Under the pieces are notes generated by a model. That model was not told the origin of the DNA. It saw nothing but the letters and a program-made list of their open reading frames with translations, and made no database searches. DNA of 64,000 bases, from assembly GCA_951406725.2 (NCBI GenBank), contig OX597820.1, positions 119,040,001 to 119,104,000 on the forward strand, read 5' to 3'. Both the position numbers and the translations under genes were made by a program. Source of the DNA: Octopus vulgaris (Eukaryota). This document shows, one piece after another, positions 1-13,514 of this stretch; within the stretch, counting starts at the first letter, position 1; the number at the start of each line of letters is the position of its first letter.

Positions 1-322
1 TCATAATAAGGATAATCACCGCCTATACCTCAATAAACTCCACCACCACCACCACCAGCAACAACCTCATATAGGACAAATAATGATGTCCCATGTACAC
101 ACATACACACACACACATACATTCATACATACATTAATACATGCATACATACATATATATCTGCAGAAAGAGAGAGAGAGTGAGAAAGAGAGAGAGATTC
201 GTGTATATAGACATACCTTTATACACATATATATGTACACGCATAATATATACATATATATATATGTTTATGTATGCATGCATATATATATATATGTTTG
301 TATGTATGTGTATGTATGTATG

Positions 323-455
323 TGAATTCGCGAAAAAAACAAAAGACGAAGGTAGGTGGTGTAGAAAACAAACAGATGTATTAGTATAACGCTTAGGAAT
401 TGAAAAAGTCCTTTATGTTTCGAGCCCACGCTCTTCTACAGAAAGGAACACAGAA
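323..455 (-). mobile_element. Penelope-like terminal-repeat relic, family P1, with degenerate minimal hammerhead (nAGAAGA-GC..GCTC-GAAA)
   Basis: Same sequence recurs at 3025-3235 (+) and 5600-5792 (-); sits in TA/CA microsatellite; motif gaagagcgtaggctcgaaacgt resembles PLE pLTR minimal hammerheads. Confidence 0.55.
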
Positions 456-1034
456 AGAAACAAGGTCCCGGCTGCTGAAGGTATGCTGTAGCACCGCACC
501 GCCGTGATTTTGTACCTTTGTCAGAGTTTCCTTATTTGGTCTCTTTCTTCTGGGTTGTAGGATTGTTTTAATCACGACTGCTGCATGTGCTTTAATTCTT
601 GTTGTTGGCCCATTTGATAGATGAGGAAGCTTGACATTGCAGTCTACAACATGACGGAGCGACAGTTAGTCTGCTATCGTGGATTGGAGAATGTCCAGTT
701 CCTTTTCAAAGACATTCACATCCATATTGTCTATACTTAATTCCTTTTAATAGAGCAGCGGAAAGCTTTGAGCCTTAGAAACCTCAGCTATTAAAGTACG
801 TGCTACAGAATCGTAAATGAAGGGGACGGTATATATGGTACGGTGCACTGGTGTCCATTTCGGGCAATTCCACAACACTTAACGTCGAAATTATGTACCA
901 GCCCTGCTAATATTTTCCATATTTAGATTATTACACACACATTTATATGTGGAGTGCATAAAACTCTTAAGCGTGTACGTATGTTTTACGTGTTTGTAAA
1001 TTTAAGTATATGAAAGTTGGGAATATGCATATAC

Positions 1035-1095
<61 letters not shown>

Positions 1096-1450
1096 GTGTG
1101 TGTGTGTGTGTGTGTATACATATATATTAGCAGACTCTGCTAAAATGAATTCACAAATCTTTTTATCTCTGATGATAATATGCTCATATCGGGTAAATGT
1201 AAATTTAATGTTTATTGAGTAATAATAGAAACGGCTGTAAGTGAAGATGCCCAATTTGATGTTAATAAGAAACAATTATTAACTTCCCAATCTCCATTTT
1301 CTTTTCTTCTTTTAAATGGATATAAACTATATGTTTTTATATATTCCTAATATTTTATGGAACTTCGTTCCCCAAAATTGCTAGGCTTTCAACCAGTATT
1401 TCCTTGGATGAAACCATCCCTTCAGATGCGCTTAACACAAACTTTAATTA

Positions 1451-1555
<105 letters not shown>

Positions 1556-1689
1556 GAGCATGAAAGAGTGAGGGAGAGAATGCGAGAGAATACTCTGATG
1601 TTTACATACCGCTACGAAATCATAGTTCCTAAATTTAACGGCAAAAATTGTTAGTTATGTTGGTGTTAATCAGTTAGCACGCTTTTCCC

Positions 1690-1753
<64 letters not shown>

Positions 1754-1754
1754 T

Positions 1755-2075
1755 TGTTGTTGGTCCATTTGGTAGATGAGGAAGCTTGACATTGCTGCCT
1801 ACCACATCACTTGACATTGCCTCATCTACCACCGCACGCTCACACGGACCCCGGCCCTCCGAGTGCCTTGGATACCGAAATCCTGGATGTTTACACCTAC
1901 GGATTACTGTTACCATTCTTCCGGAGTACGCCACTGAAATCGTGATTGGAAATCAAAAAAATTTGTCCGTGACTCTTCCACTTTTTCCTTCTTTCCTGAC
2001 CGTCCAATAATACTATATTTGCTCCACCTCCTCGCGTTGTTGTGTTTTATTGTGCTTTCTTGTTTGGATTAACTA
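1755..2075. repeat. Unclassified interspersed repeat, possibly PLE-associated
   Basis: 1755-1810 matches 601-655; 1990-2075 matches 3315-3400; flanked by (TA)n. Confidence 0.45.
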
Positions 2076-2928
2076 TATATATATATTTATTTATTTATTT
2101 CGAGTAATAATTTCAGTAGAATAGCGTTACCTTATATACAATAGATGATTAGGATTTTAACTTCATTAATTATCATGTTTGTGTGCAATAAACTCATACA
2201 TGTTTCCTCCATTGGAGTTTACCATAAATTTTACTGAGAAGCTTACTTTTCTTTAATATGAAATTTAATATTTCAAAGTATACTTCCGTTCTTTTGATTG
2301 AATAAGTTGTAATTCGTTATTAATATCTAAATTACTTCTATAATCTACAGCCTATCTTTTCTTTTCCGTTGTGTTTGTATTATGTGTCTCATTCTTTACA
2401 ATTTCAAATTTGTACCGCTTCACTTTAAACACCACATGTATTCTACTAGTGATGTCGTATTGCCAAAGAATTTTAGCAGATATGTATTTGTGCGTATCAT
2501 AGCAACTCGTGATAGATTTTGTTTTAATGGAAATAATTTAATACCTAATGTTATCTTGGGTAATTGCGTGCATTTACACTTCCCCTTCTAAGGCATTATT
2601 CTTCAAAACACCGATCTACAGTTATATGTGTTTGGGTTAATCATACGACTCTTCGAAAAGCGTTTCTGTTCTTGGTGTAATTTCTGTCTCAGTGGTGTCG
2701 CCATAATGATATGCGGCTCATAAAACTGTTAATACTGAAATCAAAACACAGAACTGATTCTAAACATTTTCTTCAGAAGAATTAAAATAAATGTCTACGA
2801 ACCAAAAGTTTTTTCAAACTTCATGTGCGTGTCAGTCTGTATGTATATATAGGTACGTGAATATTCCCCTATGTAAGCACACGAATATCAAAGTATAAAA
2901 ACGCAAAACACACACGAACACACACACA

Positions 2929-3019
<91 letters not shown>

Positions 3020-3024
3020 GCCCG

Positions 3025-3235
3025 ACGCCATGATAGATCGTTAGCTCCTACACGCATTTTTTCTCTCCTTGTTTCTCTCATTGTTTTTTTTTCTGTGTAT
3101 CTCTCTGTCGAAGAGCGTAGGCTCGAAACGTAAAAGACTTGTTTTATTTCTATTCCTGAACGCCATACTAATACATTTGTTTGTTTGTACTCCACCTACC
3201 TTCGTCTTTTGTTTATTTTCGTAAACCTTCCCGTT
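3025..3235 (+). mobile_element. Penelope-like terminal-repeat relic, family P1
   Basis: Reverse complement of 323-455 and 5600-5792; tcgaaga-gcgtaggctc-gaaa-cgta at 3108-3132. Confidence 0.55.
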
Positions 3236-3397
3236 ATATATATACATATATTTATATTAATCTATAGGCATATATATATATATATATATATGCGTATAGA
3301 TTAATATATGGATTTCTTTCCTGAGCGTTAATAATACCTTAATTGTTCCACCTCCTCGCGTTGCTGTGTTTTTTTCTGTGTTTTCTTGTTTGGATTA

Positions 3398-3506
<109 letters not shown>

Positions 3507-4939
3507 GTATACATACATGTTTATACACACACACGCGCACACACAACACACATATGCACGAACATATACATATTAATGTGTAGGTAAGTGTTTGGCGCTA
3601 GAGAGGGAAGATATGGTCCCTCTATTTATGCCCATCGGGTTAAAAGTAGAATGACTGTACAGCCTGAGGTGCTCTCATCAGTGTTTCCTGATTCCTCACG
3701 TGAACAGCAGATCTAATATCATATTGCAGTTCAATGCAAATCTTAATATCATTTATACATTTGAATATTTTGCTCTCCTTTTGCATAGGAGTCCCTCGGC
3801 GTTCATCTAACGAACCACATCCTAGGAGCCTAACTTCACTTTTGCCGCATAACCCTATTTAAGGATGGTTTCTAAGTAAGTCTCTCTTTTGCTACATATT
3901 AGTGGTATCCCTGTAGGTGGCGGTATGTGGTTGATCTCACCGCTGACAACATGTCCAACACTTAACGTAATTTCTTTGCCGTTTACGCATTTGATGTAAG
4001 GAGAGCTCCTAAATATTTAAGACTATTGACTTATTTGAATGTTGGCTTATAAATTCTTATTTTGGAAATTGGCGGATATTTTAGATTGTCTTTGCTTCTT
4101 TTTTCTTTCGCCGTTAAGATTAGACTCATCTATTTATTCGTATCACGAATAATATAATGTGCTCTTCGCCTCTCCCAAATTACATCGGCGTTACTAGAAA
4201 ACGACAAAACAGGGTCAGTTTAATGGGAAAAATATCAAAAATACCCTTAAGTAAGTGGAGTCGACCGTGAAGCAGAAAGAATCTCGGGAACTTAGTGAGA
4301 GAAGACTCTCAGTGGTCTCCCTACCTAGTTTATGAAGAGTAGCCTAATAACAATAAAGTTTGATGTGAAGTTGAAGTGTATGACCGTTGATGGTACATTA
4401 GCAAGGTGTATTGTTTCTGGCTAGTTGTAATAAGTGGATGATGATGGCTTTCCTCCGTCTATCCTGCATCTAAATGTTATAAATATAACTTAATGTCCAT
4501 AAGTTGTTTACTATCAACACTCAGATTGCTAACTAGCTTTGAAATCATTTAAAAGTTAAAGAATTTCAAGTATAAAGTTAATGTATTCCCTTTGATGATA
4601 AGTTGTAATGAAGGAAAAATATTTTTTACTCTAGTTTCATGCTGTTTTCTCATCTATTATGCTTAAGTTAGTTCTAAGTTATTTATGTAATTAAACTCTA
4701 ACAAAAAGTACTCTTCATATACAACACGTATTCTAGCAGAGTTTATTTATTAGATGTCTGGCTGCTCTGAATAGTAGAAAACAATTCTATTTCTTAGAAT
4801 AAAAATAGTTTAAGAGAAATCCAACGGCATTCTTGCCAACTTTGATACTCTTATTATTGAGTGTAAATCTGTAGTGTACTCTGATAGGTCTGAGAACTTC
4901 ATGTTGCTGGAAATGTACTGGATAACTATTTCAACTCTT

Positions 4940-5007
<68 letters not shown>

Positions 5008-5044
5008 AAAAAGGAGATGTGGAACACGAGTTGTGATATATAAA

Positions 5045-5354
5045 AAATGAAATGAAGAAAATGCTGACAAAATAATTTAAGTAAGGCAGAGTGTATTTAA
5101 TTAGGTGAAAGTTTTTACCGGTTGCGCATTTGTTATGCTTATCAAAATATATATTTTTAAGAGAGATAGAGTTCCTTTCTGATAGATTTTTTCTCTTATC
5201 AGATAAGAGAAAAAAATCTATCAGAAAGGAACTCTATCTCTCTTAAAAATATATATTTTGATAAGCATAACAAATGCGCAACCGGTAAAAACTTTCACCT
5301 AATTAAATACACTCTGCCTTACTTAAATTATTTTGTCAGCATTTTCTTCATTTC

Positions 5355-5358
<4 letters not shown>
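5045..5358. repeat. Near-perfect 314-bp palindrome; fold-back PLE-like relic with degenerate hammerhead in each arm
   Basis: 5045-5200 is the reverse complement of 5202-5358 (one extra A); ttgataa-gcat-aacaa-atgc-gcaa-ccggta at 5258-5287; embedded in (TA)n. Confidence 0.85.
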
Positions 5359-5403
<45 letters not shown>

Positions 5404-5542
5404 TATAAAATTATTGCACATTTTAACAAAAAAGAGGCGACCCTTAACAGACAGTCGTACATGCTAGAAGTAGCATTCAAAACATTCAAAACCACATTTA
5501 AGAGCAATTTCGAAGGGAATGAAAAATTAAAAATACTTTTAC

Positions 5543-5599
<57 letters not shown>

Positions 5600-5792
5600 G
5601 GAGAGTTTACGAAAACAACAAAAGACGAAGACAGGTGGTGTACAAAACAAGCAGATGTATTAGTATAACGCTCAGGAATAGAAAAAGTCTTTTACGTTTC
5701 GAGCCTACGCTCTTCTACAGAAAGGTACACAGATAAAACAAAGAGAGAAACAAGGAGAGAAAAAAGTGTGTGTAGTGGCTAACGATCTATCA
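5600..5792 (-). mobile_element. Penelope-like terminal-repeat relic, family P1
   Basis: Homologous to 323-455 and 3025-3235; starts at a (TA)n tract. Confidence 0.55.
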
Positions 5793-5851
5793 TAACCTTT
5801 GAGAAACATTTGGCAGTTATGCTCTATTAACATGAATATACTAACATTACG

Positions 5852-6179
5852 GTGAGGGCGCGTGGCTTAGTGGTTAGGGCATTCGGCTCATGATCGTAAG
5901 GTTGTGAGTTCGATTCCCGGCGACGCGTTGTGTCCTCGAGCAAGACACTTTATTTCACGTTGCTCCAGTCCACTCAGCTGGCAAAAATGAGTTGTACTTG
6001 TATTTCAAAGGGTCAGCCTTGTCACTCTCTGTGTCACGCTGGTTTTCCCCGAGAACTACGTTAAGGGTACACGTGTCTGTGGAATGCTCAGCCATTTGCA
6101 TGTTAATTTCACGAGCAAGCTGTTCCGTTGATCGTATCAGCTGGGACCCTCGTCGTCGCAACCGGCGGAGTCTTTAAGA
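5852..6179 (+). mobile_element. tRNA-derived SINE with CORE-like body
   Basis: A box tggcttagtgg, B box gttcgattcc, CORE-like tgtgtcctcgagcaagacactt; 12-bp TSD actaacattacg at 5840-5851 and 6180-6191; 3' half shared with 14065-14431 and 53563-53948. Confidence 0.9.
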
Positions 6180-6283
6180 ACTAACATTACGTTCAATTTA
6201 TTGGTATTTTTAAACATTGACATCACTAATCATTTCACTTCATAATATACAGACACGCACACGCATACATATGTGAGTGTGTG

Positions 6284-6324
<41 letters not shown>

Positions 6325-6693
6325 TTTGTGTGTAGGCATGTATAAACGTATAATTTTCTTCTCTCTCTTGGCCGGAAGTTCTCTATAGATTTTCTCATCC
6401 TAGACAAATTCCACACTCTTTACATTCTCTCCCACCCAATTCCTCAATTTCGGTCATCCCCCTACGTATATATCCATATTAATGCGTGTCTTTACAATTC
6501 GTCATTTCACATATCTCCGTGTCTCTGCACAGACACTGCTTCCTCCATGTGAATATTCAGATAGGGAGAGAGAGGGAGAGAGGGTGGGAGAGAGAGGTAT
6601 GTAAGAGTGTGAGAAAGAGAGAAACAGAGAGGTATGTAAAATTGAGGGAGAGAGAGAAAGGGAAAATAACTCAAACAGCAGTGTTTGTGAGTG

Positions 6694-6730
<37 letters not shown>

Positions 6731-6807
6731 CATAAGTACATATTATGTAGGGGAAATATATAGATACATACATGTATATATACATAAGTGTCTATATGTG
6801 TATCTGT

Positions 6808-6859
<52 letters not shown>

Positions 6860-6864
6860 TTAAT

Positions 6865-7335
6865 GTAGAATAACATTTTTCTAAAAAAATTATATCAATG
6901 ACCAGCATATTAAAAAATACTTTTAAAGGTTATATTTATAAGGAATTTATAAGTAAGGGGAAAATAAAAAAAATTTCTAATGCCAAAATATGCCGAAAAT
7001 AGACACAACGTCAAAAACCATGTAATTTATCACTACAAGCACGCGTTTCGAAGAAAGCCGTCAGAAATTTCTAAAACATCCCGTTATTACCATATCGAAC
7101 CCGATTTCAGAGTTAGTTCATAAGAACCTTCGCTTCACCAGTGATAAATGCGGCAAAGAAATAAGTGAAATACTTACTTATACCCATGGAAGAAGCGAGC
7201 ACTAAGTCATGAGCACAATTAAGTACCCCAAATATATCCAGAATAGAAACTCTCTAGCCCATCTCGAGACACGTGCGATTCGAACTAAAAGACTCTCGTA
7301 AAGTTTCTATTCTGGATATATTTGGGGTACTTAAT
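6865..7335 (-). mobile_element. Penelope-like terminal relic with degenerate long-stem-II hammerhead (7026-7148) and 34-bp inverted repeat
   Basis: Minus strand tttatca-CTGGTGA...GAAACGCGT...gtgataaa; inverted repeat 7218-7251/7302-7335; flanked by (TA)n. Confidence 0.45.
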
Positions 7336-7906
7336 ATCTATATATATATTATGCATGCATCTATATGATAACTATACACACGCGCACTTATAAATATATA
7401 TGTGTGCGTGTATATGCTCGGAAAGCTGTTTATATTGTGATTGATATTATATTTTTCTGCTGTTTCTATTGATTTCTCTTTCTATTTTTTGTTGTTGGTA
7501 ATTACATTTCTTGTCTCGATTTATTGCGCTACTAATTATAAATGGGTGGGTTGACAGAGCTATTTTCGTCCGCACATTCTTTTTCTCTTCACACTTCTTG
7601 TCAGGCCGTTAATTGCTTCATAATTTTAAAGGTATCAATCAAAGTATATAGCTTCATAAAGACATTCAAAATAAATATAGACGTAAATTTATGTTTGTGT
7701 GTAAGTATGTAAGAGACACAGTTCAACACCCATACACACCAGCAAACACACATATATAAATATTTGTGTTTGTGTATACGTACATGTCGGTGTGTTTCTG
7801 AGCATGTATACGTTACGAAAAGTAATATTAAACGTTGCTCTATTTCATCACAAGCATGATGCTCCAGTGGCTCTTGTATTTTGTAGACTGCAAAGTCATG
7901 TATTAA

Positions 7907-8002
7907 CATACATACATACATACATGCATACATACGTACATGCACATACATTCATACATACATACATACATACATACATACATACATACATACATACATA
8001 CA

Positions 8003-8036
<34 letters not shown>

Positions 8037-8045
8037 CATACATAC
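7907..8045. repeat. (CATA)n microsatellite
   Basis: Direct reading. Confidence 0.95.
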
Positions 8046-8250
8046 AATACCAATCTTGAGAAATTGGGTTTCTCAAAACGAGGAAGGCGAACACTAATTC
8101 GAAGACTACAGATCCAATCCCTCACTGGAACTGTAAAGATCTGTAAAACTTTCCAGAAGTTTATCATTTAAATATATATGAGCATGTCTAGATATGTAAC
8201 TATATGTATGAGGATACGTACATAAAGCATAGAAATCTTCATATATATAC
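8046..8250 (+). mobile_element. 3' end of RLE-type (R4/Dong-like) non-LTR retrotransposon
   Basis: Encodes NTNLEKLGFSKRGRRTLIRRLQIQSLTGTVKICKTF, matching the C-terminus at 14930-15040 (-); begins right after (CATA)n. Confidence 0.75.
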
Positions 8251-8269
8251 ACATATACAGACATACTTA

Positions 8270-8975
8270 AAACTTTATGCAAAGAATATGCATGAGATGA
8301 AAAAGAGCATTGACGTAGCTACAATATTCTCAAAGTACCTAGGGTTGGAGTTTGGTTCAGGATAAATGTTGTTATATGGTTGTGAAAAGGGGGAAAATTA
8401 TAAATCAGTCTAGTAACATTTCTATCGATGATTTCACTGTTTCCTCTGTATCTGACGAGGAATGTTACAGGTATCTAGGGGTGGATGAAAATATATCTAA
8501 CAATGGCACCTGTAACAAAACGCATGTCACTAAAAAATGTTACAGCCGAATAAATAAAAATTGAACCTCAGAACACTTTGCATTCAATAAAACAGTGTCC
8601 CAGAATGTGTTTGCAGAGCCAGTACTAATACCAACATTTGGGCTGCTTGATTGGACGCTTGATAAGATCCGTGTCATTGAAGTGAAAAGCGGAAAAATAA
8701 TAATATGCAACATAATTTCCAAATGAACAGTGACCTAGACCGACGCTACCTAAAACGAAAACAAGGCGGAAGAGGCTTAACATCAATCCAAAATGCCTTT
8801 GAATGTCGCATCATATCCCTTCGGCAACATTTTCTAACCACAAAGCGTCTAAGTGCATTCCTTGTCCAAATTTGCATTCAGGATGCTGATAACATCATAC
8901 GACTTGGAAGGCAGCTCCTTGAGCAACACTTTTTGTCTGATAACCTGGAATAATGCCCAAACAAGTCACGCGAAT
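8270..8975 (+). pseudogene. R4/Dong-like reverse transcriptase C-terminal/thumb fragment
   Basis: Broken frames: (GLEFG)DKCC...YRYLGV...VLIPTFGLLDWT...RRYLKRKQGGRGL, characteristic of RLE-clade RTs; stops and frameshifts. Confidence 0.8.
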
Positions 8976-9394
8976 ACATACTTATTTTTAACCTACTTCC
9001 GTATTTCGGTTGAAATATGAAAGGTTCTGGGATAATTTTCAAAATGGAAGTGTTCCGCTCTAATTAACAGACGGACTCGTATAATCAGTTAAGATTATGA
9101 CATAATATATCCAATTAAAGTATATGTGTAGCAATAAATCTTTGGGTTCATGGCTATTTCAGAATCAACTTGATTTTCAAACTCCATCTTTACACTTGTT
9201 TTGAATGTTTTACCTACTTAATGTTTTATTGATTCCTATATAACTGAGAACATCCAGTTGTTTTGTTGTGTCTGGGGAGAGTCATTCTCTTTTGATGCCT
9301 TATAATTTAACACACTCATCGGTAAAATTTCCACTTATTTCTTTTTTATTTTCCAAAAATTTTCGTTGAGTCTTGCAACTTTTTCAATAGTTCT

Positions 9395-10276
9395 GACTCT
9401 GTCCGTTACTCACACTGCGTTCCTTTTTGTTTGTGTGCATGTGTGTGTGTGGGTCAGTGTCTGTGTGTGTGCCTATACATGCATACATGTATGCATGTAT
9501 GTATCCATGTGTGTGTATGCATGTATATGTGTGCGCATATGTATGTATTTATGTGTTTACATTTGTATGTATATATCCTGCATATTCATGTGTTTGCATG
9601 TCCGTGTTTGTGTGCTTTTATGTATGTGTATGTGCGTGTGTGTGTGTTTGTATATATGTGTGTGTACTTCTGTCTCCTTGTGTGTGCATGTTTGAGTGTG
9701 TGTGTGTTTTGCAACTATGTACCGTGCTTGTATGTATGGATGTGCATCACCATATTTGTGGACGTGTGTCTTTATATGTGTCCGTGTGTGAGGTTAAGTG
9801 TGTGTATATATACGGTCATGTGTTTCAGTCTTCATTTGCGTATGTGTGTTTGTCTTTTCGTATAACATATGTAACTATCCGTCTGTATGTTGATTTGTTT
9901 ACTATCATATCCACATGCTTATATAAGTTGTCTGTGTATGGCAGGTTTAGTAGCCTTCATCTAACACTATCTCCTCCGAGACCCTGCGGCGCAAGTTGAC
10001 CAAAATTGAGAGTATGATAGAAGAAGGCTTGCTCTTTCTTCCGTAGAAAGAAAAATTCAAAGCAGACCATGTTAACACCAAAAATTATTGACATCAAAAA
10101 GGTGCTTTATTTAATGAAAATCCCTATTTTTTTACTATCTTTTGACTCCTGTGTCAACATTTTTCGGTGTATTTCAACCAGAAGAATGTTCACTTAAGGA
10201 GAGAAAGTTTTACTTTTCAAAAATTCCAATTCTAAAGGGTCGAAACAAACCCGAGTAACGCCGGGTGATACTGCTA

Positions 10277-10277
<1 letters not shown>
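9395..10277 (+). mobile_element. Non-autonomous Helitron-like element (3' end clear, 5' end uncertain)
   Basis: Ends in hairpin cccgagtaacgccggg then CTAG|T at 10274-10278; same terminus as 35962-36361; TG-rich interior. Confidence 0.6.
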
Positions 10278-10323
<46 letters not shown>

Positions 10324-10637
10324 TACACCCACCCACACATTTATACATCCAATTATTTAATAATCATCTCTCGATACCTAAGACACAAATGGCATAACTT
10401 CACTCTTTTTACCCTTTTATTTGTTTCAGTCATTTGACTGCGGCCATGCTGGAGCACCGCATTTAGTCGAGCAAATCGACCGCGAGACTTATTCTTTGTA
10501 AGCCTAGTACTTATTCTATCGGTCTCTATTACCGAACCGCTAAGTTACGGGGACATAAACACAACAGCATCGGTTATCAAGTGATGTTGAGGGGACAAAC
10601 ACACACACACACACGCACAGATATATATATATATATA

Positions 10638-11340
10638 TTCAAAAATAATTGAGGAACGGCCTTAATAGGCCATTCGACCCACTAGAAAGTGCAGCCAGGA
10701 CTCAAACCGCCAAGAAGTAGTAATTCAGAAATTAAAGGAAAATTAAAAAACATTTACCCTATTCATCTTTAGACAATGCGTTGTTTCGACGTTTTTAATG
10801 GCAAACCAGCCTAATTAAATTAAATTGAACTCAATCAAGTCAATCTACCAAAGGCTACGTCTCATCGGTAAAGAAGCCAGGAGGGACAGATATACACGAG
10901 GCGGCAGTATCTATGCCCCGGGAATATCTGCCCTAAAATTTTCAAACCCACCGTAATCGCGCCAAACTTATCAGCAGCAAATATTAACTGCTGATTCAAT
11001 TTCAGAATTAGTCATAAAACCATCAATTAATCAATATAGGGTAGCAAAAAATTCAATAGAAATTTTTTTAGGCTGGTTTGCCATTAAAAACGTCGAAACA
11101 ATGCATTGTCTAAAGATGAATAGGGTAAATGTTTTTTAATTTTCCTTTAATTTCTGAATTACTACTACTTGGCGGTTTGAGTCCTGGCTGCACTTTCTAG
11201 TGGGTCGAATGGCCTATTAAGGCCGTTCCTCAATAATTGTTGAACTTATATATATAGTCTCTGACTATTTTCTCTTTCTCACTAGACCGCTGGTGGCGAA
11301 AAAATTTCTATTGAATTTTTTGCTACCCTATATTGATTAA
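10638..11340. mobile_element. Penelope-like relic with two interleaved inverted duplications
   Basis: 10638-10814 inverted at 11068-11244; 11027-11068 inverted at 11299-11340; contains a hammerhead; flanked by (TA)n. Confidence 0.7.
10767..10873 (-). ncRNA. Type I hammerhead ribozyme variant with enlarged stem II
   Basis: Minus strand: CTTTA-CCGATGA-GACGT-[~64 nt incl. agcct/aggct]-ACGTC-GAAA-CAA-cgca-TTG-TC-TAAAG. Confidence 0.7.
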
Positions 11341-11804
11341 ATATGTATATATATATATATATATATACGTATACAAATAGGACAGCCTTCTTTCAGTTTC
11401 CGTCTACCAAATCCACTCACAAGGCTTTGGCCGGCCCAAGGCTATAGTAGAAGACACTGAACCCGGAACCATGTGGTTGGTAAGCAAGCTACTTACCAAA
11501 CAGCCACTCCTGCACCTATCAATATTCAGCAAATAAAATCATTTCAAAACTTCTTGAGTTGAATCTTTTATGAATTTTATGTCTCAGGTTATCATATTAC
11601 TTGAAAATATCTGTTTAAAGAAACAGATTCATTTGGGTTAGAGAGACTAATTAGTAAATCATGTAATTTTAATAAGTTACATATTTTATATCTACATAAA
11701 TTGAACAGCTGGGTATAAGTATTTAAATATATAAATATAAGTACTTTTAAAATAAACATTTTTTACCTACATTTATGAATGTATTTAGTCAATAATTTGT
11801 AAAT

Positions 11805-11851
<47 letters not shown>

Positions 11852-11969
11852 GTTATTATTATTATTATCATCATTATTATCACTATTATTATTATTATTA
11901 TCATTATTATCATTATTATTATCATTATTATTATTATTATTAATATTATTATTATTATTATTATTGTTG

Positions 11970-12039
<70 letters not shown>

Positions 12040-12068
12040 CATTATTATCATTATTATTTTCATTATTA

Positions 12069-12109
<41 letters not shown>

Positions 12110-12137
12110 ATTATTATTATTATTATTATTGTTGTTG

Positions 12138-12210
<73 letters not shown>

Positions 12211-12217
12211 CATTATT
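11805..12217. repeat. (ATT)n microsatellite, ~410 bp, with ATC/GTT variants
   Basis: Direct reading; explains poly-I/N/L ORFs. Confidence 0.98.
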
Positions 12218-13134
12218 TAATTGAAAAACCATTTTTGATTGAGAACATTTTATTAGCAGAAAGTTCTATGTTGACGACCATCTGATAAAAATTTAATATT
12301 TTACGCCGATTGACGATTTGAGTTTTTAGTCAGAGAATATGTCCGTGCTTAAACTAAAACATTTATATCAATACATTTATACTCATTTTAAAGAAAAAAC
12401 AGAATAACTTTGATTATATTCGTTGTCGATCATGAGCAAGTAAATTTCAATACATTGATCGAATTAAATTTTTTGCAGACATAAGCTTATACATTAATGA
12501 TTAATCACTTTTCTAGTTAGCATACGATTAAAATAAACTATAAACTAATATATTTGTCGTTCAAATTGAAATAATAATCGTTTCAATGTCCGTAAGTGAT
12601 CGCATTCTTTCTTTAGTTGACATTTTATGATTTTAGTAATAATTAAAACCATCCATTTAGAGCGGCATTCAAAGAAAAATAAGAAAATCTTGGCTCTTTC
12701 ACTATGAATCATCAAAAACAAATATTTCCTTCTGCGTTAAGTATTCAAATTGTATTCATTTAAATATTTATAGATTTCCACATAACAAAAAGTAAGGTAC
12801 TTTCATTTCGGAGCTCTTTATCTGAAGCTGTTTTCACATCCTCTTTTGAAAAAAAATATTTCAGTCTTTCTAATGTATTGATTGCTCGTCTCAAGAAATG
12901 TCATATGTTTTTATATATAACTGAATACTGTCTATTTCTTTTTAAAATATATGCGTTTTATTTTACTTATCAAGCACTTGAGCTTTTTATCAGCAAAAAC
13001 TATATTGAAATTAATATATTTTGTCTTGCGTTAAACTAAAAATTTTCTACCCTCTTTTCCAAATCCCTCACTCTGTATAAATGTGTTCTATTTAACCAAT
13101 CTACTTAAGATATTTGTTTCAAATCCTATTTTTT

Positions 13135-13256
13135 ACTCTAGGCACAAAGCCCGAATTGTGGGAGAGAGGGCCAGTCGATGAGATCGACACCAGTACGCAA
13201 CTGGTACTTCATTTGTAGTCCCCGAAAGGATGAAAGGTGAAGTCGACCTCGGCGAA
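13135..13256 (-). mobile_element. SINE family B fragment
   Basis: ccccgaaaggatgaaagg..aagtcgacctcggcg body motif. Confidence 0.7.
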
Positions 13257-13259
13257 AGA

Positions 13260-13512
13260 AGAAAAGGCCAAAGAAAAAAGAAAACAACGTACTCAACACC
13301 AGAACTGAAGACACCTTCGACAGAGCGGGCAGGGGCGCTCTAAAACGTTAGAGGGGTAGGGCTGAAACCGAACGTGATTCCTCCTGATGATGTCCTTAGC
13401 AACTGGATCCTATTAAGGAGCTGTTGAGGTAGCGAACCACGAATCGTGGTTGGAATTTCTGTCACTCCATTTAAGTTTTGCCATCTATTTCCCGTCAATG
13501 TTTTACTATTTT
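13260..13512 (+). mobile_element. Penelope-like 3' fragment with degenerate hammerhead
   Basis: LNTRTE-like end of ORF, then attcc..CTGATGA (13384-13390)...GAAccacgaatcgtggtt-ggaat. Confidence 0.45.
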
Positions 13513-13514
13513 AC

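Larger units (their letters stand above)
10402..11516 (-). mobile_element. tRNA-derived SINE family A, split by a PLE relic inserted in its internal (TA)n
   Basis: 3' part 10402-10620 and 5' part 11380-11516 match the intact copy at 36773-37184. Confidence 0.85.

Noticed and set aside
3108-3137. Active hammerhead in family P1
   Set aside because: Core reads TCGAAGA/TAGAAGA rather than CUGANGA and stem I is not well paired; treated as relic
3600-4940. Possible ancient Penelope ORF on minus strand
   Set aside because: Only faint motif resemblance; too degraded to support without a profile search
5855-5925. tRNA gene (also 22870, 53563, 61268)
   Set aside because: A and B boxes are present but continue into SINE bodies, with TSDs at 5855 and 53563; no full cloverleaf or poly-T terminator
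11785-12232. Poly-Ile/Asn/Leu ORFs
   Set aside because: Translations of the (ATT)n microsatellite
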